Assembly (NCBI GenBank): GCA_024704765.1
Contig: JAKMXF010000022.1
Coordinates: 926,898 to 990,897 of the forward strand
Source: Oopsacas minuta
Lineage: Eukaryota; Animalia; Porifera
Length of the DNA stretch: 64,000 bases
Direction of reading: 5' to 3'
Shown: piece by piece, positions 26,271-39,573 of the stretch
Numbering within the stretch: the stretch's first letter is position 1
Layout of the letters: every line of letters begins with the position of its first letter
Translations under genes and position numbers: made by a program
Notes under the pieces: generated by a model
What the model was told of the DNA's origin: nothing
Seen by the model: the letters and a program-made list of their open reading frames with translations, nothing else
Databases searched by the model: none

Positions 26271-26338
26271 CAGTGATTATCGCTTATAAGAACACCCTTG
26301 GGAGTAGCAAAATATGTTCTTATAAGCGGTACCCACTG
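26271..26338. mobile_element. 68-bp minimal MITE
   Basis: TA|CAGTGATTATCGCTTATAAGAACA...TGTTCTTATAAGCGGTACCCACTG|TA, with TIRs making up most of the element. Confidence 0.75.
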
Positions 26339-28557
26339 TACTGAATTTTGACCTAATTCAATCAAATTCAGGCGTATCATTGTATGTAGTGTTAGCACGA
26401 ATTTCCCTTACAATTAAAGGATCTATGTGGCAGATAATGTCTTTATTAGATTAATACATTGTGTGTTAAATGCAATTGTTTACCCATTTACTACCAAGTT
26501 TGCGCTGTACTTATAGTATTTCTCTAATTAGATAATTATTGTCTTTCGCTATAACTCGCGTATTTTGCCTTAACCAACTCAATTTACATTCATTACTTAC
26601 ATTGTTCGTAGATATAATTATACCAATAAAATATCAGCATTGGGCAGCTAAAACCTTAAATCTATTTAGCAAATCATTTTTCACCTTCCCAGAAGTGTAA
26701 ACATTTATGATTCTGACAATTTACTACGTACTTGATTTATAAGAGTTGTTTTCGATGATTCGAGAGCCATTGATTCAGACTTGATGACTTGAGTTATAGA
26801 ATATTCCCATGGGCCGGATAACTTGGTGGCTCGAGTTATTGAACTTTTCATGAGTCATAAATCGCGAGTACATAGACTATCATGAATACTATCGTACTAG
26901 GTTAGAGCGTACTGACGATCCCCTGGTGTACCCTCTCATAAAACTATGTCGACTGTATGGTGTTAATTAAATCACAAAGTCTGATTTCGAAATTGATATG
27001 ACCAGAATTCAGACTAAGTGAAGTTGGATCTATGTTTATTATCGAATATTCAATTGCAAGTAGTGTGATTGTGTAATATTGTAAATTAATTGGCTGCTCC
27101 ATATATGGAATAACAAGTCCTACATAGATATGCCCATCTTCTACCAATGTCTAGCAAACGACAACCCAAACAATTAGCTAACCTGTACAATATCTAAGCA
27201 ACAAATCACGGTTCCTTTATATATTACATAGGCTTGGTTGTTAGTTCTCACCACTGTTCGGCCACAGATATTTCCGTAGGCAATGCATTGGAAGTGAACT
27301 ACTTCGTTAGACACAATATTATTGGTGCTTCAATATAATAATTATAGTAATCTGAAGTTCAATTGTATTTCTTGGAAAAAATGTTGATAATGGTTTGATC
27401 TGAAGATAGTTCATTGAAAATATTGTAAATATTATGCTATTAAAAGCAATTTCATAGAATTTACATCAGAATATATTATGTAAGATCTTAGCTTTGACTT
27501 AAAGCTTATTCGGATAATGTTCACTAATACGTATCTCAGTTATTTAATCATAGAAGGAACTCATTGTATATATTATCGACTAACAAATAGTATTCGGAGC
27601 TCGAGCCTTCGATCCAACCTCAAAAGACCCGGATCGCCAGTCCAATTTATAAACGGCGCTGGACAGTGGTATCGAGATTTCTAAATATCTATCCTGATCC
27701 TTTTGAATATCCTTATCGTACTGTTTAGATAACAGAAAGTTTATGCAAAGACACGATTGGTAATTAGTCGACTTATAACAATATTATTACTATAACGGCA
27801 GGTTATATCTGAGTTATAGAGATCGCAAACGGGCATATATTTTCAGTCAGAACCCGGCCCACACAGACCCTACGGCAAGAAGCCCGAACACGGTCTTGTA
27901 CGCTAATTCAATAGACAACGTACATACAGCCATTTGAGCCATAGCCTGATAAATTTATGGGATAGAACAAATGGCAGGTTAATGAGAGATAATTATATTC
28001 AATTTTGACCTATACTCAAAAGGCAAAAGTTCAAATACTGCCATGTCAGATAGTTATAGGCCAAGGCAGAACCTGCCTCGGCTAGGGCTCGGCCTGGCTT
28101 GTGTCACCTCTATTAGGTTTTAACTGCCCTTCTAGCTTTTATCACCTGCACCAACAGTGTTTTTACCAGGCTATACCGGCATGTTATCTGGTTTTAACCC
28201 GGTTATTATGAGCAGGATTGAGTATTACCTATTATAACCGATATAATTTAGTTATGAGTTCAATGGCAGGTGCAGGCCGGGATTCATCATGGATTACAAT
28301 TCATCCAAAAGATTTGATGAATGTAACAAAATTAATTTTCTGAAATTACACAAATAATATTAAACTACGTAACTTGTATGACGTAGGACTCACATCTAAT
28401 TATGTCATAAACATATGTAGTTACTAGTTAGTATTTATATTAATAATTATCCTTCCTTGGATATCTAATGACCGAAATTGAACAATTTCCGAAAATATGC
28501 ATGGATATTTTTCTGACTGGAGTTTGATAAATTGGAATATCTAGTAGAATACTTTGA

Positions 28558-28695
28558 CAGTGGAACCGGCATAAACCGACATCTGTAGTCCTGTATTCTC
28601 CGACAGTGTTTCTGATCTGAAATAGCTTCCGACAATTTGCTAAACCAACAAAATTTTTATGTCCCAACGAGTGTCGGTTTATGCATGTTCCACTG
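28558..28695. mobile_element. CAGTGGAACC-family MITE
   Basis: CAGTGGAACC...GTTCCACTG|TA, homologous to the 125-265 copy in reverse orientation. Confidence 0.75.
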
Positions 28696-28968
28696 TATTT
28701 CATAAAAGTTACAACGATCTAGAATGATCAATAATAAATTATAGAATTATTGAAAAGATTCTTTGTTAATATCTATAAATTACAAATATTTACATATCAC
28801 CTAATTATTCATAGAATATGAATCTAGACTGGTTTTATGGTTCCTAAAGGATATGGCAAGTATGACCAAACTTCATCAATAATTGAGTGATTTTTCCTTT
28901 TGAACCAATTTAGATTGTTTATTGATACGTACTTTATTAAAGGTTGAGAAACACTGATAATAATACTA

Positions 28969-29144
28969 CAATGGAACCTTCATTAACTGACACTCGTTGG
29001 GACATGAAAATTTTGTCGGTTTATCAAAATTATCCGATTATACAGGTGAATTAGTATTGTCGGAAGCTATTTCAGAGAATAGACACTTTCGGATTATAGA
29101 GATCTTCCTGTGTATACAGGTGTCAGCTCATGCAGGTTCCATTG
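28969..29144. mobile_element. CAGTGGAACC-family MITE
   Basis: TA|CAATGGAACC...GGTTCCATTG|TA with the same internal sequence as the other copies. Confidence 0.8.
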
Positions 29145-30629
29145 TATTATACATTATATTGACACCTCGCTTATATGTCGGATATTTTTACTTTTGAGTG
29201 TTGGCAAGGTCTTTTCCTGGATTAATGAATGGTTACTTTTTATTCTGATGGATATGGTTTTTACTAAAATTCTCGCCGGTAATTTCGACTTTCGAATTAT
29301 AAGTAAATCTTAATTCTAATTTTAAAGAGTCCCAGTTGAATACGTGTGCAATAACGTAAAACTCCTCTTCCTTTAACAAGTTCGCTACACATGCATACTA
29401 GTTCATTTATTAAAGAGTAATATTTATTCGTAAATGATCTATTGATTTTGTGCAATCTGTTTCGGGTTACAATTATCTCCTACACAATATTGATTTGTAG
29501 AATTTCGCTATTCGAAAAGTATTTTGAAAGCATCAACAAAATGATGTGGAGAGTTATTAAAATTTTGAAATAATTGTTGTTCTGAAGAAAAATCTATAAT
29601 TTGATTGTGTTTTAATATTCTCATTAAAGATTAATATTTTCTGAGAAGATTCTCATTTATACGATCAAGCTTGAGCCCATAGCATTAATGTTAATATGAT
29701 ACTCAGAAATGGTGAATTCCTATTGTGTTTAGTATTGCATCTATTTGAGGTATGTCAAAACAAATTCCATATTCTACCATTAAAATCTAATCCCACGATA
29801 TCAGATACTTGTGTAAAATTTCCAAAGTCATTATTGACTGACACAAATTAATCTATCTGGAAATGCAAATTAATATCCAGATAATCAAATTTTAGCAGAA
29901 CCCATTTCTGTGTTTAAATACTCAGACCATATTTGGTTATTTGATTTGTACTATTGAATTTGCTGTCCTTCTTGTATCCTCCAGAGTTCATCCCCAAATT
30001 ATTCACTTTTGGCTTACTGCTGCATGCTAGCCTGCTTGAATTTATACAATAAAGTAAGTCAATCAATAATTAACGCAAAATCGTTATACTTATATGTTTG
30101 TATGTACAATAGTCAATAGAACACGGTTAAGATGTACCGGGTTAAGCCAAAAATTTAGTTTTCCCATTCACTGTAATGTTATATCTCGGATAGTTCGTAC
30201 GAATTTATTTTCCTAAGGAATACGTCTAATACGAGTTCCAATGTGGAGGATAACTTTTTTAATACTAATAATCTCGCTGACATATCAGTAATCCCAACAA
30301 CAAATTATATTTTTCCATCTACTAGAAATTCCCAAGTTCTGTAGCATTCACAGCACATGTGTAAAATTTCGTACTACCCTCTACGCTGCAAATTACCCAT
30401 ACAAAGATATTAATAGAATAATCAATTGGTGTGAAAGTTCACTCTATAAAAGCAACACCCAGCTGTTGTATAGTTGCAAATGGACACATTGTATTGAGAA
30501 ATTAGAGATATATGTAAATGGTCATTTATTCAATTTTCCAAATAGTTAATATTAATAATAGAAGAGACAGAATAATCGAATTCAGACAATTAAATAAACA
30601 CCAAATTTAAATGGTTACAGTAAATTTTA

Positions 30630-30703
30630 ATAATTTCAAAATCGGAATAACAAACAAACAAACGCAACACAAATACACAAACAACAAAATTTAATAATAT
30701 GGA
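30630..30703 (-). mobile_element. Helitron-like 5' terminus
   Basis: The minus strand reads A|TCCATATTATTAAATTTTG, then a GTTT microsatellite and CCGATTTTGAAA. Confidence 0.4.
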
Positions 30704-31623
30704 TGTCATCTAGTTAGCACTTCAAGTTTATTAATTATAAGAATAAACTTCAGAGTAGAGTACAGACGTATATAAGATATCGATAAAATACTTGTAGGTT
30801 ATTGGAAGCGCAGGGAAATATTAATAAGTTGAGTTCAGGATGAAGTGGTCAGGTGTCAGTGTATAATTCTATTAATCCATTGATGAGATTGTAATACCGA
30901 GTAAAGATTAAATTGAATCTTAGAATTTTGATTTATTCGCTATAATTTACAACATAATTATGCTTTTGGTTCATTTTGTACATAATTAAAGTAAATAGAA
31001 TTCCTGAACACTTTTCGTGTATCTATGTTCTCAGAAATACTCCTCAAATACGATAATTTAATTTGGAATGTAATAATAGCCAAAATAACAGTTCAAACAT
31101 TTCTTACATAATTTTTAATGATCATTTTTAGTAACACAGGATGTTTTTGCTGAATCTCAATGCACCTGCCCAATAATGATGAAATTTCTTGCCACATACT
31201 GTTACCCTTAAATAGACATAACCTACTAACTCAAAAATTAATTGGTTGTTATCGTGAAAAGTTTAATTGGCAAATTATTTCTAACATCTATTCAGCAATA
31301 TTTGCATTGTTTTCATGACATTCAATGTTTTGTAAGTTGCAAAGTGTAATATATCAGCTTTTCAAAGGTCAATTACCTCCCTTACATAATTTATCATAAT
31401 AATCCGACCTCGCCAATTCTCATTTCGTCAACGCGACGTTGACACATGCTACGTAAGCTATATGCGCTTATGCATTACATTACAATTCATGACATGCAAT
31501 ATTGTTTCTATGGTGCTCAACATAAATACTACTAGAAAATCACTCTGTACCACAGTTCCCAATCAAAAAACGTTGACGACATGAGAATTTACGAATTTCA
31601 TATATTATTTTTCATAGGCAATA

Positions 31624-31651
31624 GGGGATGGAGGGGATGGAGGGGATGGGC
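31624..31651 (+). other. Potential G-quadruplex / short G-rich tandem
   Basis: GGGGATGGAGGGGATGGAGGGGATGGGG contains four G4 tracts. Confidence 0.5.
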
Positions 31652-34392
31652 ATCAACGCAAGCGGATCAACTCATTGTGGAAAACAACATAATACTTTAG
31701 AGTGCCTAATTTAGTAAGCAGATTACGTTAGTGTAACGATAGTCTTCTAAATCGCAACCCGAATAAATTTACGTATGATTAATTCAAAAGTGTGAAAATT
31801 GGATTCAGCATATTCAGCGAATTTAGTCAAGTTTTTTGTTGAATTCTATTTATTTTCTTAATAAACACAATTCACACAGTTATCCTACATTTAGATATTA
31901 CGAAATTCAATATTAAAATAGCAAACTAAAATCCATACCTTGACAACGAACAAACTTACAAACATACAACAATTGAGGTTTAATATTACGCTTTACTCAG
32001 TTAGATGCGAATCCGCTGGCCACAAATTTATCAATAGTCATTACTTCTAAACTATGATATTCAACATATTGCAGCATATTGCAGGTAAGTTGTTTTGAGT
32101 GAGGTTCATTTTCCATGGTATTATTTTTACGCCATGTGTTCCAAAAGGTCAAATATCACCTTACCATAATTTACACCAGTAAGGATAATTCGATAATTTC
32201 AACAATTAATTAACCACTACTTAAATAACAAAAATTTTTCTTCCGATAAACTTTTACGTAGTGCGGCTCCTATAGGTAGATGCTTTAGCTTTATTGACAT
32301 GGACGGAGTGTCAATATTATTATATGCATACGTCCGTCGGAGTGATCTTACGAAATCTATCTATTCGATTAACAGGAAAATCGGCATTTATATACATTTT
32401 GGGTTTTAGATTTCAAGATTTGCACCTGATGTATGAATTTTTCTAAATGGAATATTCACACCTTTTGGTGACTAATCAAATTCTCACAACACCTTACAAT
32501 ATAAAATTCAAAATAATGCTAAAGATTATGTTCAACATGAAGTTATGCGTAATTTGGTATGTAGAGACCGATTCTGAACCGATCCTGAAAAGGATGAAAT
32601 TTACTAATACATATATTGGGCCTTTTGTTTCATGATGGTACTGGAGATTTAGTATCAACTGCTAGTCCTGTCAGAGGTAATCAGGTATTAGTATCTTGTT
32701 TTCATATTTTCAATTTATCGCCCGTTAGATAAACCCTTCAAATTTATTAATAAATTTCCAATAATATATGCAATATATTTATTTTCGTGGGGATGGGAGC
32801 CACTCAAGTAGATTAGGAAGACAATCTATCAACTGTGATTGGCATAATTAATTACTGTAGTTAGATTATAGGTTGAGATTGCAATTATAGAAATTCGTAT
32901 TTTCTCGTATTTAGCTCTAGGTTTTATATATTTGCCTTTTTGTGTAGACAAAATGTCTTGTGAAAAATTGAAAATTATCAGATTACACAGCTGTTTCGTA
33001 AGTATTTTACATATAGCCTCTACACTACTAATAATTATTTATAGATAAAATACAGGTGACAAACTGTGTATTTTGTCTATCGAATGCTAACCATGCATGC
33101 ATCCTTGAACTAGATAGATGTACTTGTACACATGGCAATGATGAGCATGATTGTTGAAGTATATTGAAAATTGAATAATCTCTCACTTTTAAAAATAACA
33201 AATAAAGAATTTGCTGAGCTGTTAGGATTCTAGGAATTTTAACCTTTGAATCATCTTAATTTTATACATATGGAAGTGTCTTGGGTCTAATATTTCTCTC
33301 CTAAGCAATGAATATTTAAATATTCTCCAATAAATATATTTATTGATGAAATATTTATAAGCCATTTCTATATAGCTTACGTAGCATGAATGGTTGGTTT
33401 ATGCTAAGTTTATCTACTTCTGGCTTATGAACAGCTGTAGATATTCCAGCAATTAACTCCATTTTAAACAATATAAAGTAACAATTTAACATTTAATAAA
33501 TCATATTTACTCCTCGAGATGTTAAGTTTGGTGATAGCATTTTAACACCAACTCCTTCAGGTGTTTAGGAGTGTGTGCAACTTCTCATCAACTTGTAAAA
33601 TAAACTGATATGTACAGTAGACATAACATATTAACACTGAAATAACAATCTCGTATATTAATGAAGTGCTTTATTCGCTGATAGGATAACAATTCTTAAA
33701 AGCAGAGTATCATATTCAATATCTATTAGATTATCCAGGTTAAGTCTATTAGCATAGAATTTACATGTTACGTACACCTTGACAATGAAATAGACAGCCT
33801 TGCTTATTTTATGAAATTCTAAAAGTTTATGTTCCACCCAGAAGTGGGGATAAATTTAGAGTACCAGACTCTCTGTCTATCTATGAGCTTTCCATTTCAT
33901 AAAATGGCCAATTCCTGATGTAATGTATCATAAATTCTACCAATCAACAACTAAGTAATATAGCTATCATAGAGTATAATAGAATACACAAACAAGCAAA
34001 TACTATAATAACTTGACAATACTTAACTAATGACTTAAAACAATCAGAGCGATACATACAGAGCTAAGAAAATATGTAAGTTCACCATTCACCATGTGTT
34101 CGTATCATTATAGTTATCTATACATTCAGAAGACTGGTTCATTTAGGTTTCTAATAAGTTATTTTAACAACTGCAACTTTCTTTCGGAGGATTGGGGGGC
34201 GCGGGACGGAGAGTATCTCTTTTCTCAGTCACTCCATTATCAGCCATGTTTGGTTCAATACTAAAGAAAATATATAATATTATATTTCAATTGTTATCTA
34301 TCTGCTGTCTATCTGTGTGTTTTTCTCAAGGAAATGTTATGGTATTGCTATTTTGAATTCGAATTTCGCAATTCCAAGTTGTTGTATAAATA

Positions 34393-34566
34393 CAGTCAAC
34401 TCTCGTTATATCGAAGTACAAGGAACCGCGATAATTAATTCGATGCAATGAAAGTGGAGTTCGATATAACCTATAAAATATTTGTTACTTTAACGATTTG
34501 GTACAATATTTGTACAATTTCACACTTCGATATAAACGGGTATTTTGATGTAACTGGAGTTGACTG
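34393..34566. mobile_element. CAGTCAACTC-family Tc1/pogo-like MITE
   Basis: TA|CAGTCAACTC...GAGTTGACTG|TA, with siblings at 45232, 48817 and 54440. Confidence 0.85.
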
Positions 34567-34625
34567 TATGTATGACTGACTGTATGTATGACTGTATGTA
34601 TGACTGTATGTATGACTGTATGTAT
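34562..34625 (+). repeat. 12-bp tandem (GACTGTATGTAT)x5
   Basis: Five units plus a 4-nt spacer, starting in the MITE terminus. Confidence 0.9.
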
Positions 34626-34902
34626 TTTTATGTCTATATCAAGAAAATAAAATTCAATGCTGAATCAGATTTTACACTTTTTGATTTCTCTTCTAGAAAG
34701 TTGGAATGGCGGAAAATTCCTCGTATATTCCTAAATAAATTTAGGACATACTTTCATACACCAGTATACTCTCATTAATACGAACACGCTTAAGACGAAC
34801 AAAAAACCCGCTAATCAGGTCTCTACAATAGATATTCAATTGATATTACTCTCGGTTAAGGCGAACAAATTTTGACCGTCTGTCGGTGTTCGTATTAACG
34901 AG

Positions 34903-35235
34903 CAGAGATGGAACCAGTCAGCTTTTTCATGACCCGACCCGATCAGTCGACTGGTAACTTTGACTATACACTGCCTGGCCAAAAGTATTGGAATACCCTG
35001 CCACTTGTGACACAAGTGGCACACGGCGAGAATATGTTGAATATTCTGTGGATATAGCAGAAAGTAGAAAATCTCTTTTGCTCTAGTTTAATCGAACTGC
35101 TGAGTTGAAGTTTTTGGCCAATATGATTACAGTATCAAATTCAGATTTACCATATTCAGAAATTATGACCGGCCGGTCGAGATCTTCGACCGGTACCCGA
35201 CCCGACCCGACCCGGCCCGATCGGTTCCATCTCCG
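34903..35235. mobile_element. hAT-type MITE (333 bp) nested in the TIR of the host MITE
   Basis: TIR CAGAGATGGAACC/GGTTCCATCTCCG, exact 8-bp TSD TTAACGAG (34895-34902, 35236-35243), and GACCC subterminal repeats. Confidence 0.9.
34969..35120. mobile_element. Possible Tc1-like fragment inside the hAT MITE
   Basis: TA|CACTGCCTGGCCAAAAGTATTGG resembles Tc1-type termini. Only a partial inverted match (TTTTTGGCCA) lies at 35111-35120. Confidence 0.4.
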
Positions 35236-36059
35236 TTAACGAGGTTCCACTGTATGAAGGTTTCTTCTATTAGCTAGGGATTTGTACAAAATAACCAAAT
35301 TCTACCAACCTCCCATCCAAAATATTTTGATGTATCTTTCTAGCTGTGTCAACAAAAGCATCTTCTACTTTCTCTCCACTCTTCGCACTTGTTTCCATAA
35401 ACAATAAACCTAAATAATTTAGAATAATAATATATAAACAATCGGTGGGTTTGAAGTAATATAATTTTTACAAAACTTAATGTGTAACAGTGGGGAAGTG
35501 AGTGAATTTCACACTAGAGTGCTAATCGAGTCAAATTTGATGACCTGTTGATACAAATTTACGGATCAACTTACCATTTTCATCAGCGAATTGTTTTGCT
35601 TCTTCATAGGTCACTTCTCGCTAGAGTGTTAATTTATTAATTTACTAGAATTGTTAGATATTTATTCGAAATAATTTTAACAATAAAACTCGTTTAATTC
35701 TAATAAGATTTTTACTGTGTTAATTTGGTAAATTTAAGTTAGCACAGACATTGAATTGAGATCTTTTAATTATTAACTAAATTATACTACTGTAATGATG
35801 TTTAACATTTAATATATACACCTGTAAGGGCAAGGGATGGCTTGAAGGCTTAAGCCCCGCCCTCTCCCTCCAGTTTCTTAAGAGTATTAAGTTTCATATA
35901 CATGCGTATTATTTATTAATTATATTAAAATCTCCCCTCATGCCTGAAAATTTCTTACTGGTTTGACAACTTACAACTTTTTAGTACAATCAATACTATG
36001 AGGAAGGATCTTGTCTGTAATGATGATGGGTATATATACACTATACATTATACACTATA

Positions 36060-36213
36060 CAGTGGTTTAGTGCGGACAAGGATAATACAAATTTCCGGAT
36101 ATGACGAGTAAATATTTACACAAATCAGGTTCCCACAATGGTTATTCAATGGGTATTACTCCAAATAAAGCGAACAAATTTTCCGTTGGTGTTCTTATTA
36201 ACGAGGTTCCACT
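36060..36213. mobile_element. CAGTGG-family MITE with an uninterrupted right TIR
   Basis: Starts TA|CAGTGG and ends GGTGTTCTTATTAACGAGGTTCCACT with a single TTAACGAG. Confidence 0.55.
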
Positions 36214-36474
36214 AGCACTGTACTACCATTTAGTTCATTTCCTGTGACGACATTTTTTTATCTACCAAAATTGTGCCATTCCAACAGATTCACGTTTCTA
36301 GTTTTTCTAAATTATCGTTACCAAAAAGCTGGAATATTATTTATTTAAACTAACATATAGTCTCGAATAATACTGAGATTCCTATCACGTAGAGTCTGCA
36401 AGCGATATTATAGATAACATATTCTCTATAGAGTACGCTAACTCAATGTACATCCGTAATGTTCATAGACTCAG

Positions 36475-36519
36475 GATATTACATAGCATCCTATTAAATA
36501 TAGGATGCTATGTAATATC
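36475..36519. repeat. Perfect inverted repeat, 20-bp arms, 5-nt loop
   Basis: GATATTACATAGCATCCTAT-TAAAT-ATAGGATGCTATGTAATATC. Confidence 0.9.
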
Positions 36520-37272
36520 TGTCTTTCGTGTGTTTTAATTACTTCAATATATTAAGAGACTGTGTGCCGAAGTACGAAACGTATTTCTCTACTTGTATTA
36601 TTAATATACGTTTCTCTTAAAACTGGTAAACATTGGATTATGTCACTGTTTTGAATTAATAAGTACAACTTTCCAAAAAGTAAATGTAATTTTACTAAAT
36701 AACTTGTGAGTACATGCATCAAATTTACAAATATAAATGAGTGAGTGGTTATAATCAGACCAAGAATAATAATATGCTCCTTACCTGAGCCTCCAAGTCT
36801 GTTTTATTTCCAATCAAAAAGATTACCTAATTAATTAGTAAATTACTTAAATAATAGAGTAGAGCAATCTAGCATATAAACAACTAAAATATTTTGCTAT
36901 TTTAATGGTTGATTGTTTGTCTTTCTGTTGGCCTGTTTGTTTGTTTGTTTGTTTGCACAGCTTTGGTATATTTATTGTATGATAGATTAAGCTCAGCTGA
37001 GCATGAATCACAATTTACTACAAAGTTTTCATATCTGATTTACTTTGCAAAATGACTCATGCTAGCTCAGCTAATAAATTAGATAAATAATCACAACAAT
37101 ACACTTAAGATTAAACAATCATGATAAACTGACTGTATTAGGATTAGTTAGATTTCTGGCATCAGTCAACCAACTGCTGAGATGATTGTAAGTGTTTCTC
37201 CTAAACAAATAATATATTGCATGTAATAAGTTGTGTTAAATATTATAATATACAAGATATTACACATTCTTA

Positions 37273-37425
<153 letters not shown>

Positions 37426-37817
37426 TTATTGTGAACCGCCAGGGACCAAAATTCTTGTTCATAATAGAGAAAGGTCTTACCAATCGAACTTTATTTAATA
37501 CAAATCCAATGGGAAATATTTTTCTTGGGACCATTGGCTTTGTGGTTGTTCATTATAAGCGACCCTTACAGTCTTACTGTATTCCACTTTGGTTTGTTGT
37601 CACTTACTTGCCTGGTAAATGGCTTGATTGACATTTTGCATTAAATACTTATAACTAAGATAAAGCATGAGAATAAGACTAAATGCTTCTCAATAATGCG
37701 AGGGAAATCACTAGGTAGGTCAAGTAGTTAGATGGACTCTGGCAATATGGGTGGAAGTGTACATTTCTGAAGGGATAGTCATTTATATGTGTAATACTTT
37801 TTATGAGCCTACGCTTA

Positions 37818-37973
<156 letters not shown>

Positions 37974-38343
37974 TCATGCTAATTAACTGCTGAGGGAATG
38001 AACTTACATTTTCTTTCAGTGAATTGATGGAGTAGACAAGACTTTCCAACTCCCATATCACCTGAAGAATAATGACAGCATGACGTACTGTAAGTGTACA
38101 AGGCCACCGAGTATACGAGGGCAGTAATAAATCATTTCATTATTCACAATTTAGCAATTCTCAATAATAGTAATTTCTTATTTAAAATAAAAACGTATTA
38201 TTCATACGTGTTAAGTAATACAGTACGATTGCATTACTGTGATAAACTCAATTTGTGAAAATCAGAATCAACAGATGCTATGTATATTAAGTCAAGTGTT
38301 TGCTACACTGTTTCACACCCTGAATATATTCTAAAGAGTTAGA

Positions 38344-39573
38344 ATGCTAGCCTCTCTCAGGTGTTCTCTGAGAAGAGCCTGTCACTACACTACACCTCTG
38401 ACAAGGAGACTAGCCTCCTCTCTGTGCACAGATCCTACTCACAATCTCAGTACAGAACAACAGGAGCTTTATCGTACAGCTAGAACATTCGCAGACAATG
38501 AACTGAAACCAAAAATGCGAGAGTGGGACGAGAGAGAAGAGTTCCCCAAAGAGGTAATGAAAAGAGCTGCTACATTAGGATTTGGAGGCTTGTACGTACA
38601 GGAAGGAGTAGGAGGAAGCGGTCTGAGCAGATTAGACACCTCTGTTGTATTCGAAGCACTCTCTACTGGTTGTGTGAGTACTACAGCATATATAAGTATT
38701 CATAACATGTGCTGCTGGATGATTGATAGGTATGGCAGTGACAAGCAGAGAGCTGAACACCTCCCCGGTTTGGTGACAATGGACAGACTAGCTTCCTACT
38801 GTCTTACAGAGCCTGGAGCAGGAAGTGACGCTTCTGCTCTGAGTCTCAGTGCCAGGAAAGAAGAGGGTGTGTACGTGTTAAATGGTACTAAAGCATTCAT
38901 AAGCGGAGGGGGTGATACAGACGTGTATGTCGTAATGGCAAGGACAGGTGGACAGGGACCGAAAGGAATCACCTGCTTCATGGTGGAGAAGAACTCTGAA
39001 GGGTTGGGGTTCGGGAAGAAGGAGAAAAAGATTGGTTGGAACTCTCAGCCTACACGAGCTGTCATCTTTGAGGATTGTAGAATCCCTGATTCTAATCGAA
39101 TAGGAAAGGAAGGGGAAGGGTTTAATATAGCGATGAATGGATTGAATGGAGGCAGGATTAATATAGCATCTTGTAGTATAGGAGCAGCACAAGCTAGCTT
39201 AGAACAAACTATAGAACATACACGTGTACGTTATGCCTTTGGGAAGAAATTGTCAGAGTTTCAACACATACAGTTCAAATTGGCAGATATGGCAACTAAG
39301 CTAGTGACCAGTAGAGTAATGGTTAGGAGGGCAGCTGATTGTCTAGACAATGATACACATGATAAAGTATCAATGTGTTCTATGGCTAAACTGTACGCTA
39401 CTGACAGCTGTTTTGAGGTGTGTAACGATGCGTTACAGCTACATGGGGGATATGGGTACCTGAAGGAATATCCTGTACAACAATACATGAGAGATACGAG
39501 AGTACATCAGATTCTAGAAGGAACTAATGAGGTTATGAAGTTGATTATTTCTAGGAATATTCTCTCTCAATAA
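38344..39573 (+). CDS. ACAD8: Isobutyryl-CoA dehydrogenase, mitochondrial (intronless)
   Basis: 409 aa with [48 protein letters not shown] and [13 protein letters not shown]. Confidence 0.95.
   Translation: MLASLRCSLRRACHYTTPLTRRLASSLCTDPTHNLSTEQQELYRTARTFADNELKPKMREWDEREEFPKEVMKRAATLGFGGLYVQEGVGGSGLSRLDTSVVFEALSTGCVSTTAYISIHNMCCWMIDRYGSDKQRAEHLPGLVTMDRLASYCLTEPGAGSDASALSLSARKEEGVYVLNGTKAFISGGGDTDVYVVMARTGGQGPKGITCFMVEKNSEGLGFGKKEKKIGWNSQPTRAVIFEDCRIPDSNRIGKEGEGFNIAMNGLNGGRINIASCSIGAAQASLEQTIEHTRVRYAFGKKLSEFQHIQFKLADMATKLVTSRVMVRRAADCLDNDTHDKVSMCSMAKLYATDSCFEVCNDALQLHGGYGYLKEYPVQQYMRDTRVHQILEGTNEVMKLIISRNILSQ

Larger units (their letters stand above)
34762..35252. mobile_element. CAGTGGAACC-related MITE interrupted by a nested insertion
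   Basis: The left end CAGTATACTCTCATTAATACGAACAC matches the reconstructed right TIR at 21/26 positions. It ends GTTCCACTG|TA. Confidence 0.7.
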
